Shown: positions 9,942 to 20,985, counted from the first letter of the stretch. The stretch: DNA of 64,000 nucleotides from Candidatus Obscuribacterales bacterium (GCA_965228855.1 CBDDIJ010000002.1:704001-768000); one strand, 5' to 3'. The notes: generated by a model from the sequence alone, not told the origin. Made by a program: numbers and translations.

Positions 9942-11693
9942 CTAATCGTTGGCGAGCGTGACGCCGGAACCGCTCGTCGACGCTTGCGACTTGGCGCGCT
10001 CCGCTTCACCGAGCAGGCTGCCCAGATCCGGGGCATCATCAGGGTGACTGGCAACCCCAATGGCGGCAAAGACAGGCGAGCCACCGGCGGACTCAAGTCC
10101 GGACTCGGACAGCTGTTTCACGAGCCGCTCTGCGATTCGTGCCGCCTTTTCGGCGCGGACTCCAAGCAAAATGACAGCGAAATCGGTTTCCTCATAATGG
10201 GCAAATATGTTGCGCGAACTCGTCAGCTTGTCGACCTTATACGCGAGCTCCTGCACCTGTTCTACGGTCAATTGCGGTTTAGCCCTGGAAGGTCCGGCCT
10301 TCATTTCGATCAGCAAAACCGACAGCGGCATCGTCGAACACTTTATCTGAACACCAAGGAGAAACAGAAAAGCGGCGTAAGAGAAGATTCCCGTCTTTTC
10401 CGCAATCATTCCCTGCCGCACAGACTCGATGAGCCCGGAGTTGATGTCCTTGGGCTGCAAGAACGCATTGATGTGTTCCGCCGGCTCGCACAGTTCAATT
10501 ACCTTCAACCGCAACAGGTTTGAAACAATCGGCACCCACTGGCTACGCGGCAAATCCAGCTCGTTGACGATATCTTCAAGCACCTCGCGACCGTCGACTT
10601 CAACATAGAAATCCTTGAGTTTAGCCATGTCGAGCGGATCGCCCTTAGCCATGATCGCTTCAAATTCTGCCTCGGTCAAATCTTCATTCGTCTGCTCGAA
10701 AACCGACGACATGCGAACGCCCTGCTTCATGAGCGAATTGGTGTGATCGAGCAACAAACAGCCTTCGAGTATCAGTGACTCAAGACTTCTATTAATGGTT
10801 TTCTCGTCGGTCTTGAGCTTGGGCTCAAACATAAAATCGCCCTCGCTCCAGCAAACAACCTGGAGGAAGCAATCATCGCCGACGCCCTTCGTTCCCTCGG
10901 CGTGAACAGGCGTGCCGTTTAAGAAAAAGATGTCCGCGTAGACGCTGGCATGGCGCTGAATTTTCAACCTGCCTGACATGGCGCCCATGCCGATTGACTG
11001 CAAAAGATTCGTGATATGAACCAGCTTCAGATTCCCTTTGAGCATCTCCTCTTTGGGAAGGAGAGCAAGCGTATCATCGATGGGCAGGTTCGTAAAAGTC
11101 TGATGAGAAGCGGGTTCCTGACTCTTCACTTTGGTGTAGCTCTTCTTGCTCAGAGCACCGGCCGATTGTTTGACTGGTATTGCTGCACCAGCGGGTGGAG
11201 AAGGCGCCGAATTATACGAAGGAGTTGCTGGGGTCAATGTTGAAGAACTGATACCCGCTTGACCCGAGTGTGGAACCGGCTTGGGCTTTGGTGCCATCTT
11301 GGATGAGGAGCCTGAAAACGGCACGGGTGGTGGCGGCGTGCTCGGTCTATTTCCGCCGAACGCTGGCATGCTGCTCGACGCTCCACCATGATTTTTCGCC
11401 GACGCTTCGCGAATCAATTCTCGAATAATTACAGGATCATCTGTAGCCAAATACCAGAGTTCTACAGCTTCTTTGCCGTCACCGGAAAACATCCTCCACT
11501 CGCATCCCTCGTCGATAGAACCACCGCGTTCAATCGAGAGCGCAAAATTCCGGTCGTCAGGCAGGGTCCACCCAAGATAGAACTTTACGCCCGGCTCGCG
11601 GGACGCGTCGTCCATAATCCCTTCAAGGTCTTCCGGAGCCGGCTCTTTGGGAAGAATTTTAAATCGTTGCGAATCCGTGGACTGTTCAAGCAT
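9942..11693 (-). CDS. DUF4388-domain protein with degenerate GGDEF-like C-terminus
   Basis: GNLKLVHITNLLQSI...SGRL; HYEETDFAVIL; IGVASHPDD. Confidence 0.8.
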   Translation of the reverse strand: MLEQSTDSQRFKILPKEPAPEDLEGIMDDASREPGVKFYLGWTLPDDRNFALSIERGGSIDEGCEWRMFSGDGKEAVELWYLATDDPVIIRELIREASAKNHGGASSSMPAFGGNRPSTPPPPVPFSGSSSKMAPKPKPVPHSGQAGISSSTLTPATPSYNSAPSPPAGAAIPVKQSAGALSKKSYTKVKSQEPASHQTFTNLPIDDTLALLPKEEMLKGNLKLVHITNLLQSIGMGAMSGRLKIQRHASVYADIFFLNGTPVHAEGTKGVGDDCFLQVVCWSEGDFMFEPKLKTDEKTINRSLESLILEGCLLLDHTNSLMKQGVRMSSVFEQTNEDLTEAEFEAIMAKGDPLDMAKLKDFYVEVDGREVLEDIVNELDLPRSQWVPIVSNLLRLKVIELCEPAEHINAFLQPKDINSGLIESVRQGMIAEKTGIFSYAAFLFLLGVQIKCSTMPLSVLLIEMKAGPSRAKPQLTVEQVQELAYKVDKLTSSRNIFAHYEETDFAVILLGVRAEKAARIAERLVKQLSESGLESAGGSPVFAAIGVASHPDDAPDLGSLLGEAERAKSQASTSGSGVTLAND

Positions 11694-11913
11694 TTAGTTG
11701 CTGATAATTGTTATGTGTCTCTGCCGAAATTTACTCTTAAAACATTGTACCCAGCCAAACTTCGATCATCTTTCCGATCACAAATAGCCCGAAAGTTCTC
11801 GATGGTGAATTTTTACCGGCAAGGCTGCCTACACCGCTCTGACAGCCTTATACAGATGTTTGCCGTCGCCAGTCGGCCACATGGAATTTCTTTGGAAACC
11901 GTTTCAGATTGTC

Positions 11914-12579
11914 TCAATAATCCAAATCGACGAGTTCTTGCTCGGTGAATAGATAGACATCCGGATCCGAAAACGCATAGCCAGCCGATGACTCGTGCAC
12001 TTTGGAATCCGTCACTCCGGCATCAACGTAGAGGGAGGAAACTGGGACAGTCACGGTCCCTCGAGACAACGACTGAAGCTCAAAAGATTCCCCGGATCGA
12101 AACAAAGCTGTTGACCAGCACCCACTCTCATTCTTCCTGTGAACCTCTACAATCATCTCTCGCTGGTGAACAATAAGATACTCTTTCAGGCTCTCGAGAT
12201 AGCGGTAATTCGTCAGCTTCTCACGTCTATCGATGGCGGCCGTCGATGGCGATAAAACTTCGGCGATAAGAACCGGAGCCTCAATTACATCGCCTTCGGC
12301 GCCAAGGTCTTCGCAAGCGACCATGACGTCCGGGTAGTAAAACGCCTTTACTTGCTTGATGAACACCTTCACCGCTTCCACATACGGTCTACAGGGTCTG
12401 TTCCGAAGCGACTCGTGCAGAAGTGCAAAAAAGTTTCCTACGATGATGTTATGTCGGCGGGTTGCTCCTGCCATCGCAAACATCTGCCCATCCACGTACT
12501 CATGCCGCGATGGAGATGACGCTTCCAGTTTCAAATAATCATCGATAAGTATGTATGACGCCTTTTTCTCAAGTGACAT
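11914..12579 (-). CDS. Uma2 family endonuclease
   Basis: RHEYVDGQMFAMAGA..H, YYPDVMVAC, EVLSPST, LKEYLIV. Confidence 0.92.
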   Translation of the reverse strand: MSLEKKASYILIDDYLKLEASSPSRHEYVDGQMFAMAGATRRHNIIVGNFFALLHESLRNRPCRPYVEAVKVFIKQVKAFYYPDVMVACEDLGAEGDVIEAPVLIAEVLSPSTAAIDRREKLTNYRYLESLKEYLIVHQREMIVEVHRKNESGCWSTALFRSGESFELQSLSRGTVTVPVSSLYVDAGVTDSKVHESSAGYAFSDPDVYLFTEQELVDLDY

Positions 12580-12607
12580 CGCCCTTTCTCCAGCAACGAA
12601 TTCGATT

Positions 12608-12712
12608 CTACTACGCCAAAAGCTAGCCGGGAAGCTGTTTTAAACACCCTGAATCGCGTAGATCTTCGAAACTCGGATACGTTCGTCAAGGGTTTACTCA
12701 TGCATCTAGTAA
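12608..12712. repeat. Possible core-less remnant of the tripartite element
   Basis: CTACTAC at 12608 and TCTAGTAA ending 12712; right arm keeps GTA at +16-18; adjacent to the 3' hairpin of the 12790 gene. Confidence 0.4.
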
Positions 12713-12789
12713 AACAAGGCAACCGACGAATCGGCAGTATCCATAAGGGATACCACCGACTCGCCTGGTTGGGTGAAAACCAATTTCCG

Positions 12790-14004
12790 CTACGGGTAGT
12801 CGTATACCAGCGGCGGGCCGTAGAGACGGAATTTCGGCTGTTCAGCCGTCGGAAGCGGTTTTTCCAGAGCCTCCGCAGGGATTATCTCCAGCTGCGGCTG
12901 CGATGGTGTCTCAGAACGCACTATCCGTCCGCCTTTCGCGTAGTCGATTCGGACAACAGCACCGCCGTCGTCCAGAATCTTGTTTATGCTTTCTTCTCCC
13001 GGATACAGGATAGATTCAGGACGAGAGCCGTCCTTATTCATCTGGATGACACGAATCAACTCTCCGCCTGTGCCGCTACCAAAAGCGCGCTCTTCCACCT
13101 TGCGCAAAACCCCGTCGTTGTCGCGACGAAATTGCGTATAGGTTCGCTTCTCGTCTTTCGCCAGAAATGCGATGACGAGCCGATTGAAGTGCATATCGAC
13201 TTTCTGCAGCAGACGTCCATTCGCATCCGAATAGCCGGCAACGCGGCTGTACGGATCGAATGCGTATTCGAGAACAGTTGTCATTCCATCGTCGGCGAAG
13301 ACGTATCCTCTCTCGCCGATTTTGGTGCGAAACATCGTCGCCTGTTTCTTGCCATCCGGCGCATAGAGCGTGATTCCGAGTTCGAGCTCGTCCATCGTCA
13401 CGCTAATGCCGGCAAGCTGAGTTCCATCCCGCCGGTAGATTTTTTCGGAAACAAACTCTTTGAGACGTCCAAAGTTGCGCAAACGTTCGATAGTTTGCCC
13501 ATCTTCGAAGTAATAAGTTTGAGTGTAACGACCGTCGCGTTCGCCGCGACCGGAGCGTTCGAGCGTTCCGTCGCCTCGGTAAACATCATGCGTCACGAAT
13601 GTGATGCCGTCCTTGGCATAGGTGGCATGCGACTGCACCATACCGATGTCACCATTGATGGTGGCAAAGGTTCTGGTGCGCTCTGAAACGGTTCCATCAG
13701 GGCGGAACTTAATTTCCTCCTTTTGGCCGTCACGAAACTCGAGGTGGCGGGCGACTCTAACATCGTCGACCCAGCAATCATAACCTGCACGAATATTCGT
13801 GCTCTGTTCCGGCAGCAGAGCCGTTCTCGACAAACGACCAGGATAGGGATTCCCGTCGATGCCTGAGCATGGCTCGCGATTCGTCACCGGCGGATTCGAA
13901 GTTTTCCAGTCACGCTCAATCGAATCTTCCTTTGCGAAAAGAAAACCAATCGAGCCGGCTGAAACAATCAATAGTGCTAATAGTGTTATCACGTGCTTGC
14001 GCAT
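12790..14004 (-). CDS. Secreted/anchored beta-hairpin repeat protein (MORN/YwqK-like), paralog 1
   Basis: Signal peptide; repeated (Y/F)xxDG motifs; Pro-rich C-terminus. Confidence 0.8.
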   Translation of the reverse strand: MRKHVITLLALLIVSAGSIGFLFAKEDSIERDWKTSNPPVTNREPCSGIDGNPYPGRLSRTALLPEQSTNIRAGYDCWVDDVRVARHLEFRDGQKEEIKFRPDGTVSERTRTFATINGDIGMVQSHATYAKDGITFVTHDVYRGDGTLERSGRGERDGRYTQTYYFEDGQTIERLRNFGRLKEFVSEKIYRRDGTQLAGISVTMDELELGITLYAPDGKKQATMFRTKIGERGYVFADDGMTTVLEYAFDPYSRVAGYSDANGRLLQKVDMHFNRLVIAFLAKDEKRTYTQFRRDNDGVLRKVEERAFGSGTGGELIRVIQMNKDGSRPESILYPGEESINKILDDGGAVVRIDYAKGGRIVRSETPSQPQLEIIPAEALEKPLPTAEQPKFRLYGPPLVYDYP

Positions 14005-14066
14005 GGATAAGCTCCATCAGATACAACCCGCCTGCCTGGCGGATCTAGGCTTCTAGTTGCGGCACA

Positions 14067-14453
14067 TCACTGGGTGACTTTGATGTGCAGTGTGGCGTCG
14101 ATTTGCTCGTTAACGCCGTTGACTTTCTTGTTGGCGAGAACATGAATGTCAGCCTCACCGTATTTCACCGTGTAAAAACAAGCGACGGTCTTGATCGAAC
14201 CGCGCTCGTCCTTTTCGCTCGTCCAAAGCAGTGGTCCAGGGTCGATAGGATCAACGCTCAAACCGACAAAGGGACCGACGTTATCGGGCCGCGTCAGACA
14301 GAGCATTTCGCTAGCGCCGAGAGTCATCTCAGCAGGGAGTTCTGCAACGCTAACGAAATGCACCGGGATCGGGCGAATCATCGCGGACGCGACAGCGGAG
14401 AGACCAGTGACGAACAGGGCTCCGAGCGCAACAGCAGTCGACAGTTTATTCAT
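14067..14453 (-). CDS. Secreted hypothetical protein
   Basis: Signal peptide MNKLSTAVALGALF...; RBS GGAG. Confidence 0.75.
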   Translation of the reverse strand: MNKLSTAVALGALFVTGLSAVASAMIRPIPVHFVSVAELPAEMTLGASEMLCLTRPDNVGPFVGLSVDPIDPGPLLWTSEKDERGSIKTVACFYTVKYGEADIHVLANKKVNGVNEQIDATLHIKVTQ

Positions 14454-15212
14454 TTCATTCTCCAGCTTTGCTGTTCAGTTCCAAACCCGCAAGTTGTGGT
14501 TAAACTCAATCGCTCCAATCGATTTCGTTTTCACCAAACAGCTGCAGCCGTTCGCTACAACTCGCGGTCACATTCCAGCCATTCAACTGAACGGTGGAAC
14601 GCTTTCGAGAACAGCCGGGAAAGGCTGTTTTCGAAATGAGTTTGGTAACCGTTGCAACTAAAACTCGAGCGCGGTCCGATACAGCTGTAATTGAAACAGT
14701 GAAGTGAACTGACATTAGCGCATGAATACTGAGGTTGGCGATTTAGGATCTCAAAGCTCTTCAAAAAGACAAGAATTAAACACTAAACAGATTTGGCTTT
14801 TTCTCAAAATCAGACTGGTTGGAACGGGCTTCGCGGTAAAACCCTGGAATACGTTACACACCAACGCCTTGCGGGGATCCAGCCGTAAACTCAACTCGAC
14901 AATTGGCTAGCACTAGTAGATTAATTTCACACCATTTCTATATAACCAACCTCGCGCGGCTATCTCAAGGTTGGCAACTACAATCCAATGCCATTCCCCC
15001 AAAACACCCTTACCAATCAATCAGAGAAACGAGACCACGAACTAGAACGTATTCTTCCAACATTGACAGCAGTTTAGTAGCGAAACTACACTCGGATCAG
15101 GTAACCGCCAAAAACGCTTAGTTGGAATCCGCAGAGATTGGCACCGCATTGCGCAGCTAGCGCATGCATCGCTGTGTTTAGAAACCCCTTTTTCCCAGCA
15201 GGTTAAACCCTG

Positions 15213-16223
15213 ATGTTGCAGTTTTTTGGCTTCAAAAAAGACCGAGAGAAGAAACCCGTCACTCCAAGAAATGCCACCGCGGCACTGCCAGTTGCTGCCG
15301 ACAATCAAACAGGCAATGCCAACGCTATAAAGCTACCAACCACCTCGCTGCTTCCGCTATTCATAGGAAGTCCGTCGTCTTGCGATATCGACGTACCCGA
15401 GGAGAAGGAGCGGTTGCTCAAAATTATCGCGAAGTCTAAGTTTGCCGACCTGCCTGCAACGGTTTTCGACGAGAATTGGCTGGCTCAAATTCCCGCCGAT
15501 TGGATTATCCCGCCTCTGGAGCCGTTCTTCGATTATCTTCCCATAGAGGCACATCAAATAGAGATGCTGAGGGAACTTCGATGGCTGCTAGCAGTTAAGT
15601 GCACGGAACGCTACGATCGCCCTCTTTCCGCCTACCAATTCCTTCAGTTTCTCGCGGGTGAAATCATTCTGCACCATGACGCCATCTGCCTGGACGCTAG
15701 CTCCGGACGCACCTATACACGTTCCGAGGTGGACCGTATGCTTCAACGCGACGGCTCTTCTGCCCGAACTTTTACTGAATCCGAAACTCCGTCGTTGCGA
15801 CCTTTTCTAAGTGTGACTGCGACGCGCTACGGAGATAGAGTGTGGATGACCGGTCATGGTCTGGTGCGGTTTAGCTTGCCGGAATTCGAGATTAACTGCG
15901 TTGAACCGGATCTGGCAGACTCAACTGTTTATCTTTTGAACGGTTTAGCCCAGGCGTTAATCGAACGGACGATAGACGCACGTGAAAGAAACGTATCGGA
16001 AATTTCTTTGAACGAGCCATTGCTTATAAGCACCGAAGAGATAGTCAACGGAAACAGGGGCGACATGCCTTTTACCGCGTGCCTGCCTCGAACGGAATCG
16101 CTTAGATGGAAACTGGTCACGCGCGAAAGCGGACGGCGACTGAATCCGGACTATGAGAATCCGAAGGAGACAAACGCTGTTCTTCGTCGAATTCTAGGGA
16201 ATCTGAGCCTTCTAAAAATCTAG
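15213..16223 (+). CDS. Hypothetical protein
   Basis: 336-aa ORF; W..T.G..RF.LPE.E motif. Confidence 0.7.
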   Translation: MLQFFGFKKDREKKPVTPRNATAALPVAADNQTGNANAIKLPTTSLLPLFIGSPSSCDIDVPEEKERLLKIIAKSKFADLPATVFDENWLAQIPADWIIPPLEPFFDYLPIEAHQIEMLRELRWLLAVKCTERYDRPLSAYQFLQFLAGEIILHHDAICLDASSGRTYTRSEVDRMLQRDGSSARTFTESETPSLRPFLSVTATRYGDRVWMTGHGLVRFSLPEFEINCVEPDLADSTVYLLNGLAQALIERTIDARERNVSEISLNEPLLISTEEIVNGNRGDMPFTACLPRTESLRWKLVTRESGRRLNPDYENPKETNAVLRRILGNLSLLKI

Positions 16224-17683
16224 TTTTGGGCAAGGACCTTGGCCAACTTTCGAATGCCTTTGCGAATCTCATCCTCATTCAGACTGCCGATTCCCATGAT
16301 GAACTCTGTTTTTCGATTTTTCGTCAGGTAGAAACCTCGGCTGCTGGTCAATCCAATCCCCGCACGAGAAGCGCGATTCAGGATCTCTGACTCGCTCAGA
16401 TTCACGCGGAACTCAACGAGAACGAAAACACCATTCTTATTCGGACCGATAGTGACCTTATTGCCAAAGTGCCTTTTAAGCTCTTCCACCAAAACAGTTC
16501 GACGGCTTTTGTAGAGATTGCGGAGGCGCTTCACGTGGCGCTCCAGGTGACCTTCGTTTATAAAATCAACCACAGCTGCTTGCACAGGCGGCGACAATTG
16601 TTCGCTCATCAATGCACGCGCCTGTTTGTAGGCAGACACCAATTGCGGTGGCACAATCAAATAGCCCAGCGCAAGTGATGGAAACATGAGTTGGTTTAAA
16701 GTGCCTAGATACACAACGCGCTGGTCCTTGTCGAGCGTCATCAGTGCTGGAATCGGGCGGCTTGTTCCATGATATTCGCTGTCGTAATCGTCTTCGAGAA
16801 TCAGAGTGTTGTTGGTTTTCGCCCACTCCAATAACTCCAATCGCCTGGAAAGTGGGAGCGCACCGCCGGTTGGAAACTGCCGCGTGGGCGTGACATAAGC
16901 CATATCGACTCCGTCGTTTGACGACGGCAGCAAGTCCGTTCTCAAACCGAACTCATCGACAGCAACTGGCGTAATCCTGGCGCCAAGGGCCCTCATTATG
17001 GTTGGTGGAAAACCAGGATCTTCGACGACGACATTGCTTCCCTCACCAAGATGCATTCGCGCGACGAGATCGAGCCCCTGGTTCAAACCGAACACGGGAA
17101 TAATTTGCGACGGATCACAATCAACGCCTCGAAATCGCTTAACCAGTCCAGCGAGGGCCTGTCTCAATTCAAGCGATCCCTGCGAATCGGAATTGGTATC
17201 AAGCATGGTGACACTCGCGCCTCTAGCATGCCGCCCGATCGCTCGTGCCCATTCGGTAAGTGGAAACTGATCCAGCGCCGGTCTCCAGCAATAGAACGAA
17301 ATCTCCGGCTCCTTAGTTGAGGTCTCCAATGCAGGCATTTGAGAAACAAACCGTCCGTATTCAGACAGCGAGTAGTTTGCGCCCTTGCGCGTTTTAGCCG
17401 GCGAAATCTTCAAACTTGCCAGCGGAGCATCGCCCAGCTGCGGCGATATGTACGTACCCGAACTTCGACGCGTCTCGACATAACCCTCCTGGGCCAGCTG
17501 AAACAGACAGGTCTCAATCGTCGGTCGCGAAACACCGAGCAGACTAGCGAAGTCTCTTGCGGGCGGCAATTTATCGCCAGCCTTTAGCGATCCGTTGATA
17601 ATCATTTTTGTAAGCGCATCGTACAACTGCCGATGCATCGGCGTCTCCGATTCGCGCCGCAAAACTATATTCTCAACTTTCAT
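16220..17683 (-). CDS. MocR/GabR family PLP-dependent GntR regulator
   Basis: N-terminal GntR HTH (KLPPAR..A..LGVSR); YVTP..QFPTG, ILEDDYDSEY. Confidence 0.93.
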   Translation of the reverse strand: MKVENIVLRRESETPMHRQLYDALTKMIINGSLKAGDKLPPARDFASLLGVSRPTIETCLFQLAQEGYVETRRSSGTYISPQLGDAPLASLKISPAKTRKGANYSLSEYGRFVSQMPALETSTKEPEISFYCWRPALDQFPLTEWARAIGRHARGASVTMLDTNSDSQGSLELRQALAGLVKRFRGVDCDPSQIIPVFGLNQGLDLVARMHLGEGSNVVVEDPGFPPTIMRALGARITPVAVDEFGLRTDLLPSSNDGVDMAYVTPTRQFPTGGALPLSRRLELLEWAKTNNTLILEDDYDSEYHGTSRPIPALMTLDKDQRVVYLGTLNQLMFPSLALGYLIVPPQLVSAYKQARALMSEQLSPPVQAAVVDFINEGHLERHVKRLRNLYKSRRTVLVEELKRHFGNKVTIGPNKNGVFVLVEFRVNLSESEILNRASRAGIGLTSSRGFYLTKNRKTEFIMGIGSLNEDEIRKGIRKLAKVLAQN

Positions 17684-17709
17684 CCCGCTATCATACACCA
17701 AAAGACCCT

Positions 17710-18197
17710 CTACTATCTCTTGTCACACCCTTGTGGTTTCGAAACGGTCTGCCAGCAAGACTCTCCCCACCTACCCCACCGCATCGAAGACTTTTGTCTA
17801 CGAGCCATTGCCGGAATTTCAAAAATGCGTCATACCCACAGCGACAAGCATGGACTAAACCGCTTTCGACTACCTCGAAGACCTCTACTATCTCTTGTCG
17901 CGCCCTTGTGGTTTCGAAACGGTCTGCCAGCAAGACTCTCGTCACCTTGCCCCATTGCTTCGAAACTTTTGTCTACGAGCCGTTGCCGGATTTCGGCAAA
18001 TGCGTCATACCCACAGCGACAAGGCAAAAAGATCCTCTACTATCTCTTGTCGCGCCCTTATGGTTTCGAAACGGTCTGCCAGCAAGACTCTCCCCACCTA
18101 CCCCACCGCATCGAAGACTTTTGTCTACGAGCCATTGCCGGAATTCGACAAATGCGTCATACCCACAGCGACAAGCATGGACTAAACCGCTTTCGAC
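17710..18197 (-). repeat. Dispersed tripartite element, copy 3 (short arm + core, tandem x3)
   Basis: CTACTATC at 17710, 17885 and 18037, each 84 bp before a core at 17794, 17969 and 18121. Confidence 0.9.
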
Positions 18198-18391
18198 CAA
18201 TTCAACACTTCCGAAACGCGCACTGGCAGAGACTTCCAGTCACACCTACTACATCATGTCATTCGGGAAAAGGTTTTTAAAAAAAAGGAAAAGGCGGGAA
18301 GATGGGCTCGGTTAGAAGTCCATATCCCGCCTCGGTCCTCGGTTTAGTCGAGGAAATAATCACGGTGCAGCGGTTGAGTCGGGTCGACCGC

Positions 18392-19165
18392 CTACTTCGC
18401 GAAATCGGTGACGCCGGACTTCTTCAGAACTTCCGAGTCGATGAAGAAATTGCCGTTCGTGTCCTTCGCCGGCTGGGTCAGGATCCAGTAGGCCGCGTCG
18501 GCAACGATTGCCGGCAAGCGGCATCCCTTCACGGTGTCGTCACCGCCCAGCAAATTGCGAACCGCAGCGGTCGCGATGGCTGTTTCGGGCCAAAGAGAGT
18601 TGACTCCAACACCCTTGTCGGCAAACTCTTCGGCCATGCCCAGCGTGCACATGCTCATGCCGTACTTCGCCATGGTGTACGCGACGTGGTTCTTGAACCA
18701 CTTCTTGTCCATGTTGAGCGGCGGCGACATGTTGAGGATGTGCGGATTAGTCGCCTTCAGCAAATGCGGCAACGCCAGGCGAGACATAAGGAATGTCCCG
18801 CCGACGTTGATTTCATGCATCAGCCGATAACGCTTCAGGTCGGTTGCGAGCGTGCCCGTCAAGCTGATCGCCGAGGCGTTGTTGACGAGAACATCGATGC
18901 CACCAAAGTCGGTGACAACTTTCGTGATCGCAGCTGCGACCTGGTCTTCGAAACGGATGTCGCACTGAATCGCCAGAGCTTGGCCACCAGCCTTTTTCAC
19001 ATCATCTGCCGCGGTGTGAATCGTACCGGGCAGCTTCGGATTGGCATCGGCAGTCTTGGCGAGTATGGCGACTTTGGCACCGTCTTGAGCGGCGCGAACA
19101 GCGATGGCGTGACCGATTCCGCGGGACGCTCCCGTGATAACGATCACTTTGTCTTTCAGAGACAT
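18392..19165 (-). CDS. SDR family oxidoreductase (HSDL2-like); probably extends to 18344 past an amber codon
   Basis: TGASRGIG, NNAS, YTMAKYGMS, NSLWP. Confidence 0.92.
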   Translation of the reverse strand: MSLKDKVIVITGASRGIGHAIAVRAAQDGAKVAILAKTADANPKLPGTIHTAADDVKKAGGQALAIQCDIRFEDQVAAAITKVVTDFGGIDVLVNNASAISLTGTLATDLKRYRLMHEINVGGTFLMSRLALPHLLKATNPHILNMSPPLNMDKKWFKNHVAYTMAKYGMSMCTLGMAEEFADKGVGVNSLWPETAIATAAVRNLLGGDDTVKGCRLPAIVADAAYWILTQPAKDTNGNFFIDSEVLKKSGVTDFAK

Positions 19166-19315
19166 ACTTGAACCTCGAGTCAGTCATCTGCAATAAACAG
19201 TCGGCTCGGTTGCAGCACACGCCACAAAAGAGCCTCGCCCGCCGGCAGCACGACGCCGCCGGCGGACACAGGCAGTCAAATCGACGGGTACTTGCGCACC
19301 CGAATAAGCGCGAGC

Positions 19316-19747
19316 TTACTTGTAGTAAAGCTCGCCGTGAACGATCTCGCGACCGTTCAGGTCTTCGTCACCTTCGAGAACGCGTTCGGCGCGTGCCACC
19401 AGATCCAGTGCCATCGTGGTGAGGGCGTTCTGGCTGGCGATGCGGGCCGTCGCCATCGCTTCGAAGTTGGTGAACACGAGCCCGGCGGAGCGAGCGAGGA
19501 ACTCCTCGACCGTCGCCTGCAGCCCTTCGGACCCCGCGTCCTTCAGCTCCACACCGACCTGCTTGGTGGCGCGTTCGGCAAGCTCGCGAGCCTGCGCGGC
19601 GAGAATGGCGCAGAAGATGCGCGTCGAGTGGTTGAGCGAGGAGTACGGCCACTTGTCCGACTGCGCGTTGGCGATGACGACAGCGGCGCGTTCGGTCACT
19701 TGAACGGCCAGCTTGATGCGACCGTTGATTTGGGTGATTTCGTTCAT
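19316..19747 (-). CDS. Hypothetical alpha-helical protein
   Basis: RBS GGAG; strong GC3 codon bias. Confidence 0.75.
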   Translation of the reverse strand: MNEITQINGRIKLAVQVTERAAVVIANAQSDKWPYSSLNHSTRIFCAILAAQARELAERATKQVGVELKDAGSEGLQATVEEFLARSAGLVFTNFEAMATARIASQNALTTMALDLVARAERVLEGDEDLNGREIVHGELYYK

Positions 19748-19803
19748 GAGAACTCCAGTCAATTACGTTGTCTGTGCTTGCGAATTTGCAGTAATGAAAC
19801 AGA

Positions 19804-20934
19804 TTACGCCGCGCCCTTGTAACCCAGCTTTTCGCGAACCGCCACCACATCCAGTGACGGGTCTTCGTTGAGCATTTGCGCGACTTGCGCTGCCACCTCG
19901 GGCAAGCGAAAACTAATAGGACCAGCGCCATCGATCAAAACCTCCGGCTTGGCACCGGGATCGTTTTGATTCTCTGCATACTCGCCCGATTTCAACCCGA
20001 CCGCGATGACATGCGGGAAGATCGCCGGCTCGGCGATCGACATCATGTCTTTGTGGTCGAGAAAAACAGCATCAGCCTCACTTTGCACCACCCAGCCGTC
20101 GAAGCGATAATTCGAGTGAACTCCACCGAAATCGCTCCCGTCTTTGAAGAAACGGCTGACTCGGAAGAGAACTTGACCAGCTCCGGGAACATTGATGCTG
20201 ACCTGTTTCCGGTTGTTCCACAGATTGGGCGCCAGGTGATCGCTCATCTCCCGACTGATGAGGTGTCCGTTGAGGAAAACCTCCATCGCCCAGTCGCTCG
20301 ATTCCTGAGCGGCGGCATCAGCGGCGCACCACAGGTTGTACGTCGTGGTACCGCCTTGAACCGCGCGCAGCTCGGTCGTCTCACCCGGATGCGTGGACCA
20401 GGATGCGTGAATCGCGGCGCCACTACCGGCGGAGGCACCAGCCAGAACGATGTGACCAGGCTTGCCTGCGCCGGTTTCCTGCGCAAGACTGTGCGACTCC
20501 CAACCGGTTCCGTCCATGGCGTGAGTGTAGCCGCCAAACGAAAGATTGGCTACCGAAGCCAATCCTCGTTCACGACAGATTGCCACCGCCGTGCGGTACG
20601 CCTCGGTCCAACCGGGCTTAACCTGCGCGCCATGCGCGAACTCCGTTCTGACGAGCCGGACTTGATCATTGTATGCACGCACTAGAACAACCGGAAGGTC
20701 CGGGTTCACGCCGAGCAGACTTTGCAAAACCAGCGAGCCATGATTGAGGTCATCGCGAGCAACAATGCCAAGTTCATTGGCATTGCGCTCCATGGTCAGA
20801 TATGGCGAATCGTCAGTCCCGGTCGCGACGTGGCACGTGTCCACGTCCAACGCAGCGATGATCTTCCCCGCCGCCTGCAGGGAAGACCGTGAGAAGCCTG
20901 TATCGATGATGATTACGGCAGTTTTGTCTCTCAC
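19804..20934 (-). CDS. Divergent subtilisin-like (S8) protease
   Basis: IIDTG, NHGS, NLSFG, ISFRLPEVA (aligns to TSxAxPxVA); GTG start after AGGAGG. Confidence 0.7.
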   Translation of the reverse strand: MRDKTAVIIIDTGFSRSSLQAAGKIIAALDVDTCHVATGTDDSPYLTMERNANELGIVARDDLNHGSLVLQSLLGVNPDLPVVLVRAYNDQVRLVRTEFAHGAQVKPGWTEAYRTAVAICRERGLASVANLSFGGYTHAMDGTGWESHSLAQETGAGKPGHIVLAGASAGSGAAIHASWSTHPGETTELRAVQGGTTTYNLWCAADAAAQESSDWAMEVFLNGHLISREMSDHLAPNLWNNRKQVSINVPGAGQVLFRVSRFFKDGSDFGGVHSNYRFDGWVVQSEADAVFLDHKDMMSIAEPAIFPHVIAVGLKSGEYAENQNDPGAKPEVLIDGAGPISFRLPEVAAQVAQMLNEDPSLDVVAVREKLGYKGAA

Positions 20935-20985
20935 AAGACCTCCTACTCCTGTTTACAGGAAAGTTAGAGAGACCGGCAGCCCGCC

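Noticed and set aside
14903..14960. Additional element core starting TTGGCTA
   Set aside because: The inner boxes and TAG(A/C)CAA end are absent at the required spacing.
17710..18197. CRISPR array
   Set aside because: Units are 152-175 bp and near-identical throughout, with no unique spacers and no cas genes. The same applies to 2476-2749 and 61137-61245.
18392..18394. Genome-wide TAG recoding or pyrrolysine
   Set aside because: TAG serves as an ordinary stop before terminators or next genes elsewhere (e.g. 6381, 28833, 50720), and no pyl genes are seen.
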